Shown in pieces: positions 16,067 through 17,077 of a stretch of 17,077 nucleotides of DNA; position 1 is the stretch's first letter, and every line of letters begins with the position of its first letter. A program made the translations under genes and the position numbers. This DNA comes from Acidobacteriota bacterium (GTDB taxonomy: Bacteria; Acidobacteriota; UBA6911; JACQSX01), in contig DASXQR010000050.1 of assembly GCA_036507075.1 (NCBI GenBank), forward strand, positions 1-17,077, written 5' to 3'. The notes below the pieces were generated by a model that saw nothing but the letters and a program-made list of their open reading frames with translations, did not search any database and was not told the DNA's origin.

Positions 16067-17077
16067 AGAGTACGCAACGCTAGCCCAACAGCGAGCTATA
16101 GACGCTGTTAATCAATATGGCAGCTATCGCAGGGCGGCGAAGTCGCTAGGAGTTAATTACAGCACTGTGCAGCAGGCCGTCACCGCCGCCAAGAACTCGG
16201 CGGCTCGCCGAGGCTACGCCCCCAAGCATGACCTGACGCACGAGGTTCCAAGCCCGTTCGTTGTCAAAGGCGTTTCTACCCTCTATGACGAGTCGGGGGC
16301 TCTAAGACTTCAGTGGGTGAAGTCCAAGCTGGACGACGCGAAAGCCGAAGAAGCAATTCGAGAATTTGTCGAATGGCTCGTCAAAGACGCTAAAGGTCTT
16401 GCACCTTCAATTCCCGCTCCGAAGCATTCCGTTGACGATCTACTCGCGGTGTACCCGATGGGCGATCCACATTTCGGCATGTACGCATGGGCGGCTGAGA
16501 CAGGCGATGACTTCGACACTGAGATAGCAGAGAAGCTGACCTGCGCAGCGATTGATCGTCTCGTGGATAGCGCCCCTCCAGCCGATACCGCTCTTATCCT
16601 GGAGCTTGGCGACTTCTTCCACGCCGATGATTCATCGAACCTTACCCCTACGCATGGCTTCGCTCTTGACGTAGATACCCGCTGGGCAAAGGTGATGCAG
16701 ATAGGACTTAGGGCGATGGTCTACGTCGTCAAGCGGGCTGCTGAAAAGCACAAGAAGGTCATCGTCAGAATAAAGCGCGGGAACCACGACCCGCATTCGA
16801 GCTTCGCCCTTGCTCTTGCCTTGGATGCTTACTTCCACGGTCAGGAGCGCATCAAGGTCGATCTATCCCCCGCCGTTCACTGGTATTACCGTTTCGGGAA
16901 AGTCCTCATCGGAAGCACCCACGGCGACACCACGAAGATGAAGGACATGCCGGGAATCATGGCGGCTGATCGTCCTGAAGATTGGGGGCAGACCAAGTTC
17001 CGCTACTGGTACGCCGGACACATTCACCACATAGAGGTCAAAGAGTTTCCCGGTGTGGTGGTCGAGTATTTCAGGAC
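16029..17077 (+). CDS. HTH + calcineurin-like metallophosphoesterase, 3'-truncated (not in the ORF track)
   Basis: Manually translated from ATG 16029 and open to the window end. HTH-like GSYRRAAKSLGVNYSTV, then GDPH, LGDFFH, GNHD, THGD and GHIHH. Confidence 0.9.
   Translation, partial: MPAPAYRVDEKLKEYATLAQQRAIDAVNQYGSYRRAAKSLGVNYSTVQQAVTAAKNSAARRGYAPKHDLTHEVPSPFVVKGVSTLYDESGALRLQWVKSKLDDAKAEEAIREFVEWLVKDAKGLAPSIPAPKHSVDDLLAVYPMGDPHFGMYAWAAETGDDFDTEIAEKLTCAAIDRLVDSAPPADTALILELGDFFHADDSSNLTPTHGFALDVDTRWAKVMQIGLRAMVYVVKRAAEKHKKVIVRIKRGNHDPHSSFALALALDAYFHGQERIKVDLSPAVHWYYRFGKVLIGSTHGDTTKMKDMPGIMAADRPEDWGQTKFRYWYAGHIHHIEVKEFPGVVVEYFR

Larger units (their letters stand above)
1..17077 (+). mobile_element. 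Tailed phage/prophage late region, P22-like podovirus morphogenesis module (extends beyond both ends)
   Basis: Co-oriented, overlapping or abutting genes in the order adaptor, fibre, gp10-like hub, three ejection-type proteins, holin-like ORF. HNH and metallophosphoesterase genes are typical phage cargo. No host housekeeping genes, integrase or att site are visible, so free phage and prophage cannot be distinguished. Confidence 0.93.

Noticed and set aside
1..17077. CRISPR array, tRNA, rRNA, DGR or intron
   Set aside because: No spaced repeats, reverse transcriptase or non-coding gap long enough were seen by eye.

Overview
The whole window is the late/structural region of a tailed phage or prophage with P22-like (podovirus) architecture. 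Almost all genes are on the + strand and tightly coupled. The order is: (1) a four-gene cytoplasmic glycan-building cluster, comprising a Maf/DUF115-like transferase fused to a SAM methyltransferase, a GT-A-fold glycosyltransferase, an FkbM methyltransferase and a methyltransferase-GT9 fusion; (2) a gp4-like head-tail adaptor that appears to start at an ATC codon, a free-standing HNH endonuclease, and a tail-fibre-like protein with a small partner; (3) an inverted SAM methyltransferase fully shadowed by a sense-strand ORF; (4) a gp10-like tail hub, a small beta-rich tail protein and three DNA-ejection-type proteins; (5) a holin-like ORF, an exported protein, a PagP-like outer-membrane beta-barrel, two small ORFs and a 3'-truncated HTH-metallophosphoesterase. 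The strongest candidate for an undescribed system is a virion glycosylation/glycan-methylation pathway embedded in the morphogenesis operon. Other signals are an AATAA(C/G)AA motif in all four sizeable intergenic gaps and a hairpin-occluded non-AUG start. All family calls come from motif recognition by eye; no searches were run.
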